From contig OZ245015.1 in NCBI GenBank assembly GCA_965223705.1, positions 4,256,001 through 4,320,000 on the forward strand: a stretch of DNA of 64,000 nt. Direction: 5' to 3'. Source of the DNA: Myxococcota bacterium (GTDB lineage Bacteria; Myxococcota_A; UBA9160; UBA6930). Shown piece after piece: positions 31,014-40,017 of the stretch; position 1 is the first letter of the stretch, and each line of letters starts with the position of its first letter. The translations under genes were made by a program, and so were the position numbers. The notes beneath the pieces are model-generated. The model made no database searches. It saw nothing but the letters and a program-made list of their open reading frames with translations, and had not been told where the DNA came from.

Positions 31014-31512
31014 CCTGACGAAACGCCTCTTCTTGGCGGCGACCTTGGCGGCGCTCTACCCCGCCGCCGCCCTCTTCGTCGCTCCGGTCGGACCCGGCTT
31101 GTGGCTCCCAGTTGCCGCGGCCGCTTGGATCGCAGCACTCGCGCCGAGCGCGAGGCGAAAACTCGGCGGTTGCTTTCTCGCGCTCGGTCTATCGCTTGGC
31201 GGGTTCGCGCTGTTGGGAGACCCACTCGGCGGTGTCGCGGGCGCGGCTCTCGCCCTGGCCTACGCGCGGCGCGCCGGAGAACGCGCAACGGCAAGAGCCT
31301 TGGTGATCGAAGGAAGCATCGCCGCCCTGGCACTCGTTTGCTTCCGCTGGCTCGATGGACCGGATCTCGTGTCGTCCGTCGTCGCGTTGTGGGGTTTTTT
31401 CCTGGTCCAGATCGGCGGAACGCTGTTGGGCGACACACCGCCTTGCGCGCCGTGCCCGGATGCCTTCAGCGAAGCGGGCGATCGGCTCGAAGCGCTGCTG
31501 CGCGAGGAGTAG
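31000..31512 (+). CDS. hypothetical membrane protein
   Basis: Several TM segments, LWGFFLVQ, C-terminal DAFSEA..RLEALL; overlaps the PspA stop. Confidence 0.7.
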   Translation: MRSPSLTKRLFLAATLAALYPAAALFVAPVGPGLWLPVAAAAWIAALAPSARRKLGGCFLALGLSLGGFALLGDPLGGVAGAALALAYARRAGERATARALVIEGSIAALALVCFRWLDGPDLVSSVVALWGFFLVQIGGTLLGDTPPCAPCPDAFSEAGDRLEALLREE

Positions 31513-31521
31513 TCTCATGAC

Positions 31522-32082
31522 ATGGCCAGCCGTCGGGACCTGTGGGTCATCGCTCTCGCGTGTCTCGCGCTCGCGCTACTGACGACGTTGCCGCGGAATG
31601 CCCCCCTCACAGCGCCGCGCCTGCCGTCTCCGGGGCCGCCCGCCGATCGTTCGCCGGCCTCGGGCTTCGACCTGACACGAATCGGCGGGGGAAAACGCTC
31701 CCTCGCCGACTATCGCGGGCGCGTCGTCGTCTTGAACTTCTGGGCGACCTGGTGTGGGCCGTGCCGCGAAGAACTCCCCGCCTTGGAAGGGCTCCATCGC
31801 GAAGTTTCGGGCGCGGGAGCCGCGGTGGTCGCGATCAGCTTGGACAGCGGAGAGGCTCGCCACGTCGAGCGCTTCGCCCGAGAGCGCGCGTTGACGTTCG
31901 ACGTGCTCCACGACCCGGCGGGCGATTCCGCCGACGCTTACGCGGTCAGGCTCTACCCGACCACGGTCATCGTCGATCGACAGGGCCGGATCGCCGCCAC
32001 CGTGCCGAGCGCTTGGGATTGGTCCGACCCGGCAGTCGTCCGTTGGTTGCACGCCCTCTCCGACGAGGACGACTCCGACTAG
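31522..32082 (+). CDS. TlpA/ResA family disulfide reductase
   Basis: N-terminal anchor, LNFWATWCGPCREELP, YPTT. Confidence 0.93.
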   Translation: MASRRDLWVIALACLALALLTTLPRNAPLTAPRLPSPGPPADRSPASGFDLTRIGGGKRSLADYRGRVVVLNFWATWCGPCREELPALEGLHREVSGAGAAVVAISLDSGEARHVERFARERALTFDVLHDPAGDSADAYAVRLYPTTVIVDRQGRIAATVPSAWDWSDPAVVRWLHALSDEDDSD

Positions 32083-32762
32083 GACTCGCCGCCCACCGCT
32101 TCTTCGAACCGGTCGTTCGTCTTGCGAAGCGCCGACTCCGCATCACATCCCGCCGCAACCCCCGCGCGCACCGCGGCGAACAACAGGTTCCCGAGGCAGT
32201 TCTCGTCCCCGTGCTCGGCAAACGCGGCAGCCGCTTCGGTGAGGGCGTTCCGGGGATCGTCATCCGGGCCCTTGTGAGCCCTTCTCGCCCGTTTTTCGAG
32301 CTTCGCGGTGCGGAGCAACGCGGGAAGGTTGCGCGGCACGTCGTCGAAAAGCCCGGCCCGCTCGCCACGGACGCGCGCTTTTTCCGCGCGCTCCTTGGCC
32401 TTGCGTTCCTCCCAGGTGCGGTGCACGTCTTCCGAGCCGCGCGCGATGGCATCCGGACGCTCGCCGAAAACGTGGGGATGCCGCCGGATGAGCTTGTCAC
32501 AGACGGCGTCGACAACGGCTTCGAAATCGAAGTGCGACCCCTCGCGCGCGAGCTGCGCGTGAAACACCACCTGGAGCAACAAGTCTCCGAGCTCGTCGCG
32601 AAGATCGTCCCACGCTTCGCGCCGAATCGCGTCCTCGACTTCGTACGCTTCTTCGATGGTGTATGGGGCGATCGTCGCGAAGCTCTGCTCGAGATCCCAC
32701 GGACACCCGCGCTCGGGGTCGCGAAGCCGCTCCATGATCTCGAGGAGACGCTGCACCGGCAC
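32079..32762 (-). CDS. mazG: MazG family nucleoside triphosphate pyrophosphohydrolase
   Basis: GCPWDLEQS, IEEAYEV, DELGDLLLQVVFH, RRHPHVF; second domain shortened. Confidence 0.9.
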   Translation of the reverse strand: MPVQRLLEIMERLRDPERGCPWDLEQSFATIAPYTIEEAYEVEDAIRREAWDDLRDELGDLLLQVVFHAQLAREGSHFDFEAVVDAVCDKLIRRHPHVFGERPDAIARGSEDVHRTWEERKAKERAEKARVRGERAGLFDDVPRNLPALLRTAKLEKRARRAHKGPDDDPRNALTEAAAAFAEHGDENCLGNLLFAAVRAGVAAGCDAESALRKTNDRFEEAVGGES

Positions 32763-35596
32763 TAGAGAAGTTCGCGCAAAAAGCGCGCCGTGTAGCTCTT
32801 CTTGTTCTTTGAGACTTCTTCGGGCGTCCCCTCGGCGATGACCCGCCCCCCTTCTTCGCCGCCTTCCGGACCGAGATCGATGACCCAATCCGCACAGCGG
32901 ATCACGTCGAGGTTGTGCTCGATCACGATGACGCTGTTGCCCGCATCCACCAGCCGGTTCAGCACGGACAACAGCTTCTTCAAATCGTCGAAATGCAGTC
33001 CCGTCGTGGGTTCGTCCAAAATGTAGAGAGTCCGTCCGGTCGCACGCTTTGACAGCTCGCGAGAGAGCTTGATGCGCTGCGCTTCACCGCCCGACAGGGT
33101 CGGCGACGGCTGCCCGAGCGTGATGTAGCCCATGCCCACGTCGGCAAGCGTCCGGAGGCCTTCCATGACCTTCGGCTGGTTCTCGAACACGGTGAGCGCT
33201 TCGTCGACGGACAGATTCAACACGTCCGCGATGGTCAGATCCTTCCAACGGACGCGAAGGGTCGCGTCGTTGAAACGCGCACCGCCGCAGACCTCGCAGG
33301 TGACGAAGACGTCCGACAGGAAGTGCATCTCAATCCGACGGACGCCGTCCCCCTCACACGCTTCGCAGCGCCCGCCTTTCACGTTGAAGGAGAACCGGCC
33401 CGGCGAGAATCCGTACGCGCGCGACTCGGGGATCCGAGCGAACACCTGGCGGATTTCATCGAAGACCTTCGTGTAGGTCGCGGGGTTGCTGCGCGGCGTG
33501 CGACCGATGGGCCGCTGATCGATATCGATCACCTTGTCGATCAAGCGCGTGCCGGTGAGACGGCGATGAGCGCCGGGCACGTCGCGACCGCCGAACTCGC
33601 GCCGCAGCGCGGGAAACAGTACGGAGTTCACGAGCGTGCTTTTCCCGGCGCCGGACACGCCGGTGACGGCGGTCAACGTACCGAGGGGAAAACGCACATC
33701 GACGTTCTTCAGGTTGTGTTCCGTGACACCGGAAACGCCCAGTGTTTTTCCCGAGCCGCGTCGCCTGGCGCGCGGCGTCTCGATTTCCATCCGACCGGAC
33801 AGGTAGCCTCCGGTGACAGACTTTCGCGCGCGCAGCAACTGAGCCGGCGTTCCCGAGAACACGATCTCGCCCCCGGCAACGCCGGCTCCGGGACCGAAAT
33901 CGACCACGTAGTCCGCCGACCGAATCGTCTCGGCGTCGTGTTCGACCACGATCACGGTGTTTCCGAAATCGCGGAGGCGCGCGAGCGTCGCGAGGAGCTG
34001 CTCGTTGTCGCGCTGGTGGAGGCCGATCGAAGGCTCGTCCAAGACGTACAAGACGCCGGTCAGCTCGCTACCGATCTGGCTCGCCAAACGAATGCGCTGG
34101 CTTTCACCCCCCGACAAGGACGGGCCCGGGCGATCGAGCGTCAGGTAGCCCAAGCCCACGGAAAGCAGGAATCCCAACCGATTGTCGATCTCTTTGAGAA
34201 CATCCACCGCGATTTGGCGGTCCGTTTCCGATAGTTCGAGCGCCTGGAGGAAAGCGCGCGCTTCGTGAATCGTGCCACCGCAGACACTTTGGATCGGACG
34301 TCCGGCGAGGAGCACGTGGCGCGACTCGACCCGAAGCCGCTGCCCGGAACACGCGTTGCATTCCTTGTCGGACAGATACCGCATGTAGTATTTGCGCATC
34401 CCCTCCGACTTGGTTTGACGAAACCTTCGGTAGAGCTCATTCAACACGCCCTCGAAGGAGCGCTTCCACTCGATGGAGCCCGTCTTGAACTCGACTTTCG
34501 TCTCGATCTTCTGATCGCCCAGGCCGTAGAGAAGGAGCTTCTTCTGCGACGCGGGAAGCTCTTTCCAGGGCTTGTCGAGATCGATCTCGAACTCGCGCGC
34601 CACTTCGTGAAGTAGGGAGCCGGTCCAGCCGCTCTGCTTCTCGGCCGCCTTCGCCCAGGGTTCGATCGCGCCGCCCCGAACCGTGCGCGTCGCGTCGGGG
34701 ACGACCAGGTCCGGATCCATCTCGGGCTTCGTGCCGAGGCCGTTGCATTCGGGGCACATACCGAGCGGTGAGTTGAAGGAGAAGCTCTGAGGTGTCAAGG
34801 CGGGAAAGCCGAGATCGCAATGCGCGCAGTGCAGGTGCTCCGAATAGAGGCGCTCTTCCCCGTCGATCACGTCGCAGCGCAGCAAGCCTCCGCCTTTGCG
34901 AAGTGCGGTCTCGACAGAGTCGACGAGGCGCGCTCGAAACGCGGCATCGCGACGTTTCGGGATCGCGAGGCGATCCACGACGACATCGACGGTGTGCTTC
35001 CTCTTCTTGTCGAGCTTCGCGTCTTCGGTGAACACCACTTCGCCGTTCACCCGCAAGCGCGCGAAACCTTCCCTCGCGGCCTCGTCGATGAGCTCGCGAT
35101 GTTCCCCCTTGCGGTTTTCTACGATGCGCGCGAGGAGATAGAAGCGCGCCCCGGACGGAAGCTCGGCGATGCGATCCGCGACCTGCTGCGCGGAGAGCTG
35201 TTCTACCGGCCGATCGCATTGGTGACAGTGCTGAGTTCCGACCCGTGCATAGAGAACGCGTAAGTAGTCGTAGACCTCCGTGATCGTTCCGACGGTCGAG
35301 CGCGGGTTGTTGCTCGCGGCCTTCTGTTCGATGCTGATCGTCGGGGAGAGTCCCCGGATGTGCTCGTATTTTGGCTTCTCGAGCTGGCCGAGGAACTGCC
35401 GGGCGTAGGATGAGAGGCTCTCGACGTACCGACGCTGCCCCTCGGCGTAGATCGTGTCGAAAGCGAGCGACGACTTGCCCGAACCCGACGGCCCGGTGAA
35501 CACCACGAGTTTGTGCTTGGGGATGCGCACATCGACGGACTTCAGGTTGTGTTCCGCCGCGCCGCGGATATCGATCTGCTCGCCGGTCCGTTTCAT
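32762..35596 (-). CDS. uvrA: excinuclease ABC subunit A
   Basis: [24 protein letters not shown], two ABC modules, zinc fingers. Confidence 0.99.
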   Translation of the reverse strand: MKRTGEQIDIRGAAEHNLKSVDVRIPKHKLVVFTGPSGSGKSSLAFDTIYAEGQRRYVESLSSYARQFLGQLEKPKYEHIRGLSPTISIEQKAASNNPRSTVGTITEVYDYLRVLYARVGTQHCHQCDRPVEQLSAQQVADRIAELPSGARFYLLARIVENRKGEHRELIDEAAREGFARLRVNGEVVFTEDAKLDKKRKHTVDVVVDRLAIPKRRDAAFRARLVDSVETALRKGGGLLRCDVIDGEERLYSEHLHCAHCDLGFPALTPQSFSFNSPLGMCPECNGLGTKPEMDPDLVVPDATRTVRGGAIEPWAKAAEKQSGWTGSLLHEVAREFEIDLDKPWKELPASQKKLLLYGLGDQKIETKVEFKTGSIEWKRSFEGVLNELYRRFRQTKSEGMRKYYMRYLSDKECNACSGQRLRVESRHVLLAGRPIQSVCGGTIHEARAFLQALELSETDRQIAVDVLKEIDNRLGFLLSVGLGYLTLDRPGPSLSGGESQRIRLASQIGSELTGVLYVLDEPSIGLHQRDNEQLLATLARLRDFGNTVIVVEHDAETIRSADYVVDFGPGAGVAGGEIVFSGTPAQLLRARKSVTGGYLSGRMEIETPRARRRGSGKTLGVSGVTEHNLKNVDVRFPLGTLTAVTGVSGAGKSTLVNSVLFPALRREFGGRDVPGAHRRLTGTRLIDKVIDIDQRPIGRTPRSNPATYTKVFDEIRQVFARIPESRAYGFSPGRFSFNVKGGRCEACEGDGVRRIEMHFLSDVFVTCEVCGGARFNDATLRVRWKDLTIADVLNLSVDEALTVFENQPKVMEGLRTLADVGMGYITLGQPSPTLSGGEAQRIKLSRELSKRATGRTLYILDEPTTGLHFDDLKKLLSVLNRLVDAGNSVIVIEHNLDVIRCADWVIDLGPEGGEEGGRVIAEGTPEEVSKNKKSYTARFLRELL

Positions 35597-35712
35597 GATC
35601 CCTCACCCGTCGGAGCGGACGAGTGTGCCTCGCCGACGCCGCGATGCAAGGCGCCGGCGGGCGGGCCCGCTGCGCTAGGCTCCGGCTCCGACGCCGCTTA
35701 CAGGAGTGCCCC

Positions 35713-36537
35713 GTGTACGAACAGATTCTCTACGAAGTGAAAGACCCGATCGCGACGATCACGCTCAACCGACCCGATCGCCTGAACGCCTACACGTCGC
35801 GCATGGGCGACGAGATCAAGCACGCGGTCGCTGCGGCGGAAGCCGACCCGCAAGTCGTCGCGATTCTCATCACCGGGGCGGGGCGCGGTTTCTGCGCGGG
35901 CGCGGATATGGGCGACCTGAAGAAGGCTTCGTCCGGCGACGCCGACTTCTTCTCCGCCGATCGCCTCGAAGCCGACCCGGGCGACCCCGAGATGACGGGC
36001 TTCCGCGCTCCATTGGCGTATATGCATTCAGTCCGCAAGCCGATTGTCGCGGCCATCAACGGCCCGGTGGCGGGCATCGGTCTCGCGCTGGCCCTTTTCT
36101 GCGACATCCGGTTCGCAGCGGATTCGGCGGTCTTCACCACGGCGTTCGCGCAACGCGGGCTCATCGCGGAGTGGGCTTTGTCGTGGACCCTCTCGCGTCT
36201 CATCGGGCAAGCGCGGGCGGCGGACCTCGTCCTCTCCGCGCGTAAGGTTCGCGCGGAGGAGGCCGCGGAAATGGGTCTCGTAAACCGGGTTCTGCCGAAG
36301 GACGAGCTCCTGGCCTTCGCCGAAAACTACGCCCGCGAGTTGGGTACGAACTGTTCGCCGACGTCGCTTCAGATCATCAAGCGGCAGCTCTACAACGGTC
36401 TGCACCAAAACCTCGACGAGGCGATGAGCGACTCCATCGCGTTGATGAACGAGAGTCTCCGGCGGGCGGATTTCAAAGAAGGCGTCGATTCGTTCCTCGA
36501 GAAGCGCCCGCCGAAGTTCCCGCGGATCGGCGACTAG
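35713..36537 (+). CDS. enoyl-CoA hydratase/isomerase family protein
   Basis: LNRPDRLNA, FCAGAD, AAINGPVAG; AGGAG SD. Confidence 0.92.
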   Translation: MYEQILYEVKDPIATITLNRPDRLNAYTSRMGDEIKHAVAAAEADPQVVAILITGAGRGFCAGADMGDLKKASSGDADFFSADRLEADPGDPEMTGFRAPLAYMHSVRKPIVAAINGPVAGIGLALALFCDIRFAADSAVFTTAFAQRGLIAEWALSWTLSRLIGQARAADLVLSARKVRAEEAAEMGLVNRVLPKDELLAFAENYARELGTNCSPTSLQIIKRQLYNGLHQNLDEAMSDSIALMNESLRRADFKEGVDSFLEKRPPKFPRIGD

Positions 36538-36543
36538 CGACGG

Positions 36544-37317
36544 CTAGTCGCCCCACGAGAACGCCGCGCGCGCCTCTTCCGTTTCGGCGGCAGCTGAAAT
36601 GATGTCGCCGTCCGTCTCGGTCGCGTCTCCGAGAAAGGCCGTCTGGGCGTAGCCTCGGAACTGGGTCTTCGTCATGTGCAGCGCGAGCTCGGGAAGTGCG
36701 GCGAGCTTGTCGGCGTAGCGTCCGACCTCGGCGTCGAGTTCATCGGCTGCGACCACGCGATTCAGAAACCCGGCGGCGTGGGCATCCTCGACCTCGATCC
36801 ATTCCGCTAGTGCGATCCACTCGCGGGCCCGGAGCGGGCCCACTTCGTAGATCAAGCGCGGCGTGGCGCCCCAGGTGAGCGGCACACCCAAATCGACTTC
36901 GGGGATGCGGAAGCGCGTACCCTCCGCCGCGATCCGAAAATCGCACGCGAGGGCCAGGCAGAAGCCGCCTCCGATCGCGTGCCCTTGCACGCGCGCGATC
37001 GTCATCGCTTCGAGACGCGTGATGGCTTCCATCGCGCGGCGGCCGACTTGACTCGCGAAACGACGCGCCCGCCCCGAGTCGTCCTCCGTGCGCCGGTTTG
37101 TCGGGCCCCCTTCTTTGCGATCGGCGCCCGCGGAAAACGTACGCCCGCGGCCCCCCAGAACGACCACCTTCACGTCGAAGGCACGCTGAAGCTCGGTGAA
37201 CGCTTCGGCGAGCTCTTCGAGGATTTTGTGGTTCAAGGCATTCAGACATTCCGGGCGGTTCATCCATACGTGGGCAACGGCGCCATTTCGCGCGACCTCG
37301 AGCGTCTCATACGTCAC
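36544..37317 (-). CDS. enoyl-CoA hydratase/isomerase family protein
   Basis: NRPECLNAL, FSAGAD, GHAIGGG, PEVDLG. Confidence 0.92.
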   Translation of the reverse strand: MTYETLEVARNGAVAHVWMNRPECLNALNHKILEELAEAFTELQRAFDVKVVVLGGRGRTFSAGADRKEGGPTNRRTEDDSGRARRFASQVGRRAMEAITRLEAMTIARVQGHAIGGGFCLALACDFRIAAEGTRFRIPEVDLGVPLTWGATPRLIYEVGPLRAREWIALAEWIEVEDAHAAGFLNRVVAADELDAEVGRYADKLAALPELALHMTKTQFRGYAQTAFLGDATETDGDIISAAAETEEARAAFSWGD

Positions 37318-38480
37318 GATGCGTCCTCCTGGCGCGGAGCCGGCGTACGATCCGCTCCCCGCAAAACGAGAAGAGTGATTTCGGGCGGAGCCCCGACGCG
37401 AATCGGCGGGCCCCAGTAGCCGGTTCCGCGGCTGACGTAGAGCGTCGACTTTCTCCGTCGATAAACGCCGGAAACGTAGGGCGTCACGGCGCGAACGGCG
37501 GCATGAAAAGGCCAGATCTGTCCGCCGTGGGTGTGCCCCGAGAGCTGGAGATCGACGCCGGCTTCGGACGCCGCGGCGAACGTCGCAGGGTCGTGGGCGA
37601 GGAGCACCAGCGGCGTCTCCCCGTTCCAGCCGGCGAGCGCTCGCGGCAAATCGCAGGTCGAGCCACGCGACCAGTCACCGCGATGATCGTCCACACCGGC
37701 CAACTCGAAGAACTCCCCCGGCGATCCGATGGAGACGCGCTCATTGCGAAGCGGCCGAAACCCGCGCTCGCGCCAAAACGCGCACCACGGGTCGGCACCC
37801 GAATAGTGATCGTGGTTTCCGGTCACGAGAAAAACCCCTTCGGGCGCTTGAAGCTCGGTGAGGGGCGTTGCCGAAGGAGCCAAGGCTTCGACCGAACCGT
37901 CGACGAGATCGCCGGTAATCACCACGAGGTCTGCGCCCAAGCGGTTCGTCCGTCGCGCCAGCCGTCGCGTAAAGCCTGCGCCCCGGCGCCTCGAGATGTG
38001 CAGATCCGAAAGTTGGGCGATGCGAAAACCGTCGAAACACGCGGGTAACCCCGGGACGGGGATCTCCACACGGCGAATCGGCACGGGACCGAGCGCCCGC
38101 CAAGTACCCCACAAGACGACGAGCGCAAAGGTCGCGGAGCCGGCGACCGCCCGAAACGTCGCGGGCGGCGCTCCGAAGAGCCCTGCCAACTGCGCGGGCA
38201 GTTCCCACACGAGGAGTGCCGTCACCCAAATGAACGCTGCGCCAAACCAGAAGTACGCGAGCCGCGCAGACCAGACCAGACCGGGGAAAGACCGCTGACG
38301 CAGAAACGGTTGGGCCAGCACGTTCAAAGCGAGCAGGGAAAAGAGTCCGAGACCCGCCCACCGCGTGCCCTCTGGCAGCTCGGGTGCCGCGAGCAGTCGA
38401 GACGCGAGATAGCTGTGCCCCGCAGCCACCAAGCTGACGAAGACCCCGAGAAACACGACCGCTCGCGTGCGCGCGCTCAA
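37314..38480 (-). CDS. membrane-anchored metallophosphoesterase (YkuE/YaeI-like)
   Basis: N-terminal TMs, SDLH, TGDLVD, GNHD, SGHTHGGQ, SRGTGYWGPP. Confidence 0.92.
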   Translation of the reverse strand: MSARTRAVVFLGVFVSLVAAGHSYLASRLLAAPELPEGTRWAGLGLFSLLALNVLAQPFLRQRSFPGLVWSARLAYFWFGAAFIWVTALLVWELPAQLAGLFGAPPATFRAVAGSATFALVVLWGTWRALGPVPIRRVEIPVPGLPACFDGFRIAQLSDLHISRRRGAGFTRRLARRTNRLGADLVVITGDLVDGSVEALAPSATPLTELQAPEGVFLVTGNHDHYSGADPWCAFWRERGFRPLRNERVSIGSPGEFFELAGVDDHRGDWSRGSTCDLPRALAGWNGETPLVLLAHDPATFAAASEAGVDLQLSGHTHGGQIWPFHAAVRAVTPYVSGVYRRRKSTLYVSRGTGYWGPPIRVGAPPEITLLVLRGADRTPAPRQEDAS

Positions 38481-38540
38481 CCCCTCTCCTTCTCCGCCCC
38501 GTCGGGGCAGGCGGGCGAGTTTAGCGGTACGTTGCGCGCG

Positions 38541-39335
38541 ATGGCGGCCATCGATTTCAACCGAGCTTGCTCCGCTGCCGAAGCGGCCGCCGACGCGGCA
38601 AGGCGCGAAATCATGACGCGGTTTCGGCGTGTCGGCGTCGCGTTGAAAGCCGACGGCTCACCAGTCACGGAGGCCGACCGCGAGGCAGAGCGCGCGATCC
38701 GGCGGGTTCTCGGCGAAGCGTTTCCCGACATCCCGGTCGTCGGCGAGGAGGAAGGCGGCGCCGCCGGACCCCGCCATTGGATCGTCGATCCCATCGACGG
38801 CACGTTGTCCTTCAGTCGGGGAGTCCCGCTGTTCGGGACATTGATCGCGCTCGTCGAGGACGGTGAGACGAAACTCGGTGTGATCGACCTTCCCGCGTTG
38901 GGAGAGCGACTCGTCGGTTTCCGGGGCGGTGGCGTTCGGCGAAATGGCACCGCCGTCCGAGTCTCGCGCGAGGCGGATCTCGGTCAAGCGCTGGTCGCGT
39001 GCGGAGATTTCTACTGTTTCGACCTGTTCGAAGCGCGACCGATGCTCGAGCGCATGGTCGCCGAAATCCCCAAGCTACGGGCTTACACCGACGCGTTCGG
39101 ACACGCCCAGACCATCGGTGGGGCCGCCGACGCCATGGTCGACCTCGCGCTCAAGCCGTGGGATGTGGCGGCTACGACGCTGCTCGTCGAAGAAGCCGGA
39201 GGGCATTGCCGCACCATCGATCGCAGCGACGCGTTCGACTACGGCCTGGGTCTGATCTTCGGAGCCCCCGCACTCGTCGAGCAGCTCGGCGCGTGGTTCG
39301 ACGAACTCGCCGGGGGAGCGCCCCGCCCGCGCTGA
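38541..39335 (+). CDS. inositol monophosphatase family (histidinol-phosphatase HisN-like)
   Basis: KADGSPVTEAD, GEE, WIVDPIDGT, WDVAA...EEAGG. Confidence 0.88.
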   Translation: MAAIDFNRACSAAEAAADAARREIMTRFRRVGVALKADGSPVTEADREAERAIRRVLGEAFPDIPVVGEEEGGAAGPRHWIVDPIDGTLSFSRGVPLFGTLIALVEDGETKLGVIDLPALGERLVGFRGGGVRRNGTAVRVSREADLGQALVACGDFYCFDLFEARPMLERMVAEIPKLRAYTDAFGHAQTIGGAADAMVDLALKPWDVAATTLLVEEAGGHCRTIDRSDAFDYGLGLIFGAPALVEQLGAWFDELAGGAPRPR

Positions 39336-39355
39336 TAACGCGAGCGGGAGCGCGG

Positions 39356-39868
39356 CTAGTTCGTCGCCGCGTCTTCGACCTCTTCGGCGGCTTCTTCCGC
39401 AGCGTCGGTAGCGTCACCCGCAAGATCAGCCGCCGCGTCGGTAGCGTCACCCGTAAGGTCAGCCGCCGCGTCGGTGGCGTCCGTCGCGAGATCCGAGGCG
39501 GCTTCCGCGGCGTCGCCGGCGGCCTCCTTCGCGGCGTCCGCGGCGCCGACGGCGGTTTCGGCGGCGCCTTCAAGCATCTGGCCGGCGGTCTCCTTGGCTG
39601 TACCGGCGGCTTCTTGTGCGGATTCGAGGGCGGAAGCGGCGGCCTCCTTCGCGTCGGTGGCGGCCTCCTTCGCCGAGTCCATCGCACCGGCGGCGACATC
39701 CTTCGCAGCACCGGCTGCGCTTGCGGCGGCGTCCTTCGTCGATTCCGCAGCGTCTTGGAGCTGGCTCGCCGCCTGGTCGCGGCTCTCCTGGCTACAACCG
39801 ACCGCGATAGCTAGACCGAGTGCGAGCACGGCGATGCCGACGATCGATCTCGACTTCAGATTGGACAT
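39356..39868 (-). CDS. Ala/Asp/Thr-rich lipoprotein with 11-residue repeats
   Basis: Lipobox AVGC; AADL(T/A)GDATDA repeats; GGAG SD. Confidence 0.8.
   Translation of the reverse strand: MSNLKSRSIVGIAVLALGLAIAVGCSQESRDQAASQLQDAAESTKDAAASAAGAAKDVAAGAMDSAKEAATDAKEAAASALESAQEAAGTAKETAGQMLEGAAETAVGAADAAKEAAGDAAEAASDLATDATDAAADLTGDATDAAADLAGDATDAAEEAAEEVEDAATN
39402..39500. repeat. 33-bp coding tandem repeat (3 copies)
   Basis: Units at 39402, 39435 and 39468; the first two differ at 2 positions. Confidence 0.85.
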
Positions 39869-40017
39869 TGGGGACTCCCTCCTGGAGGTCCGTCCGGGAA
39901 CGAACCTCGGTTATTCTCTGGCTCTCCGCGCCGATAGGGTGCCGAATCCCCCGCGCGCTGCATGCCCGCGGGGAAGTCTCATAGAAACCGATCAGCCAGC
40001 CTTGGAGAACCCATCCG

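Noticed and set aside
35597..35712. LexA box upstream of uvrA
   Set aside because: No recognisable SOS-box palindrome or repeat
39402..39500. 33-bp repeats as a possible CRISPR array
   Set aside because: Contiguous, in-frame coding repeats with no spacers and no cas genes
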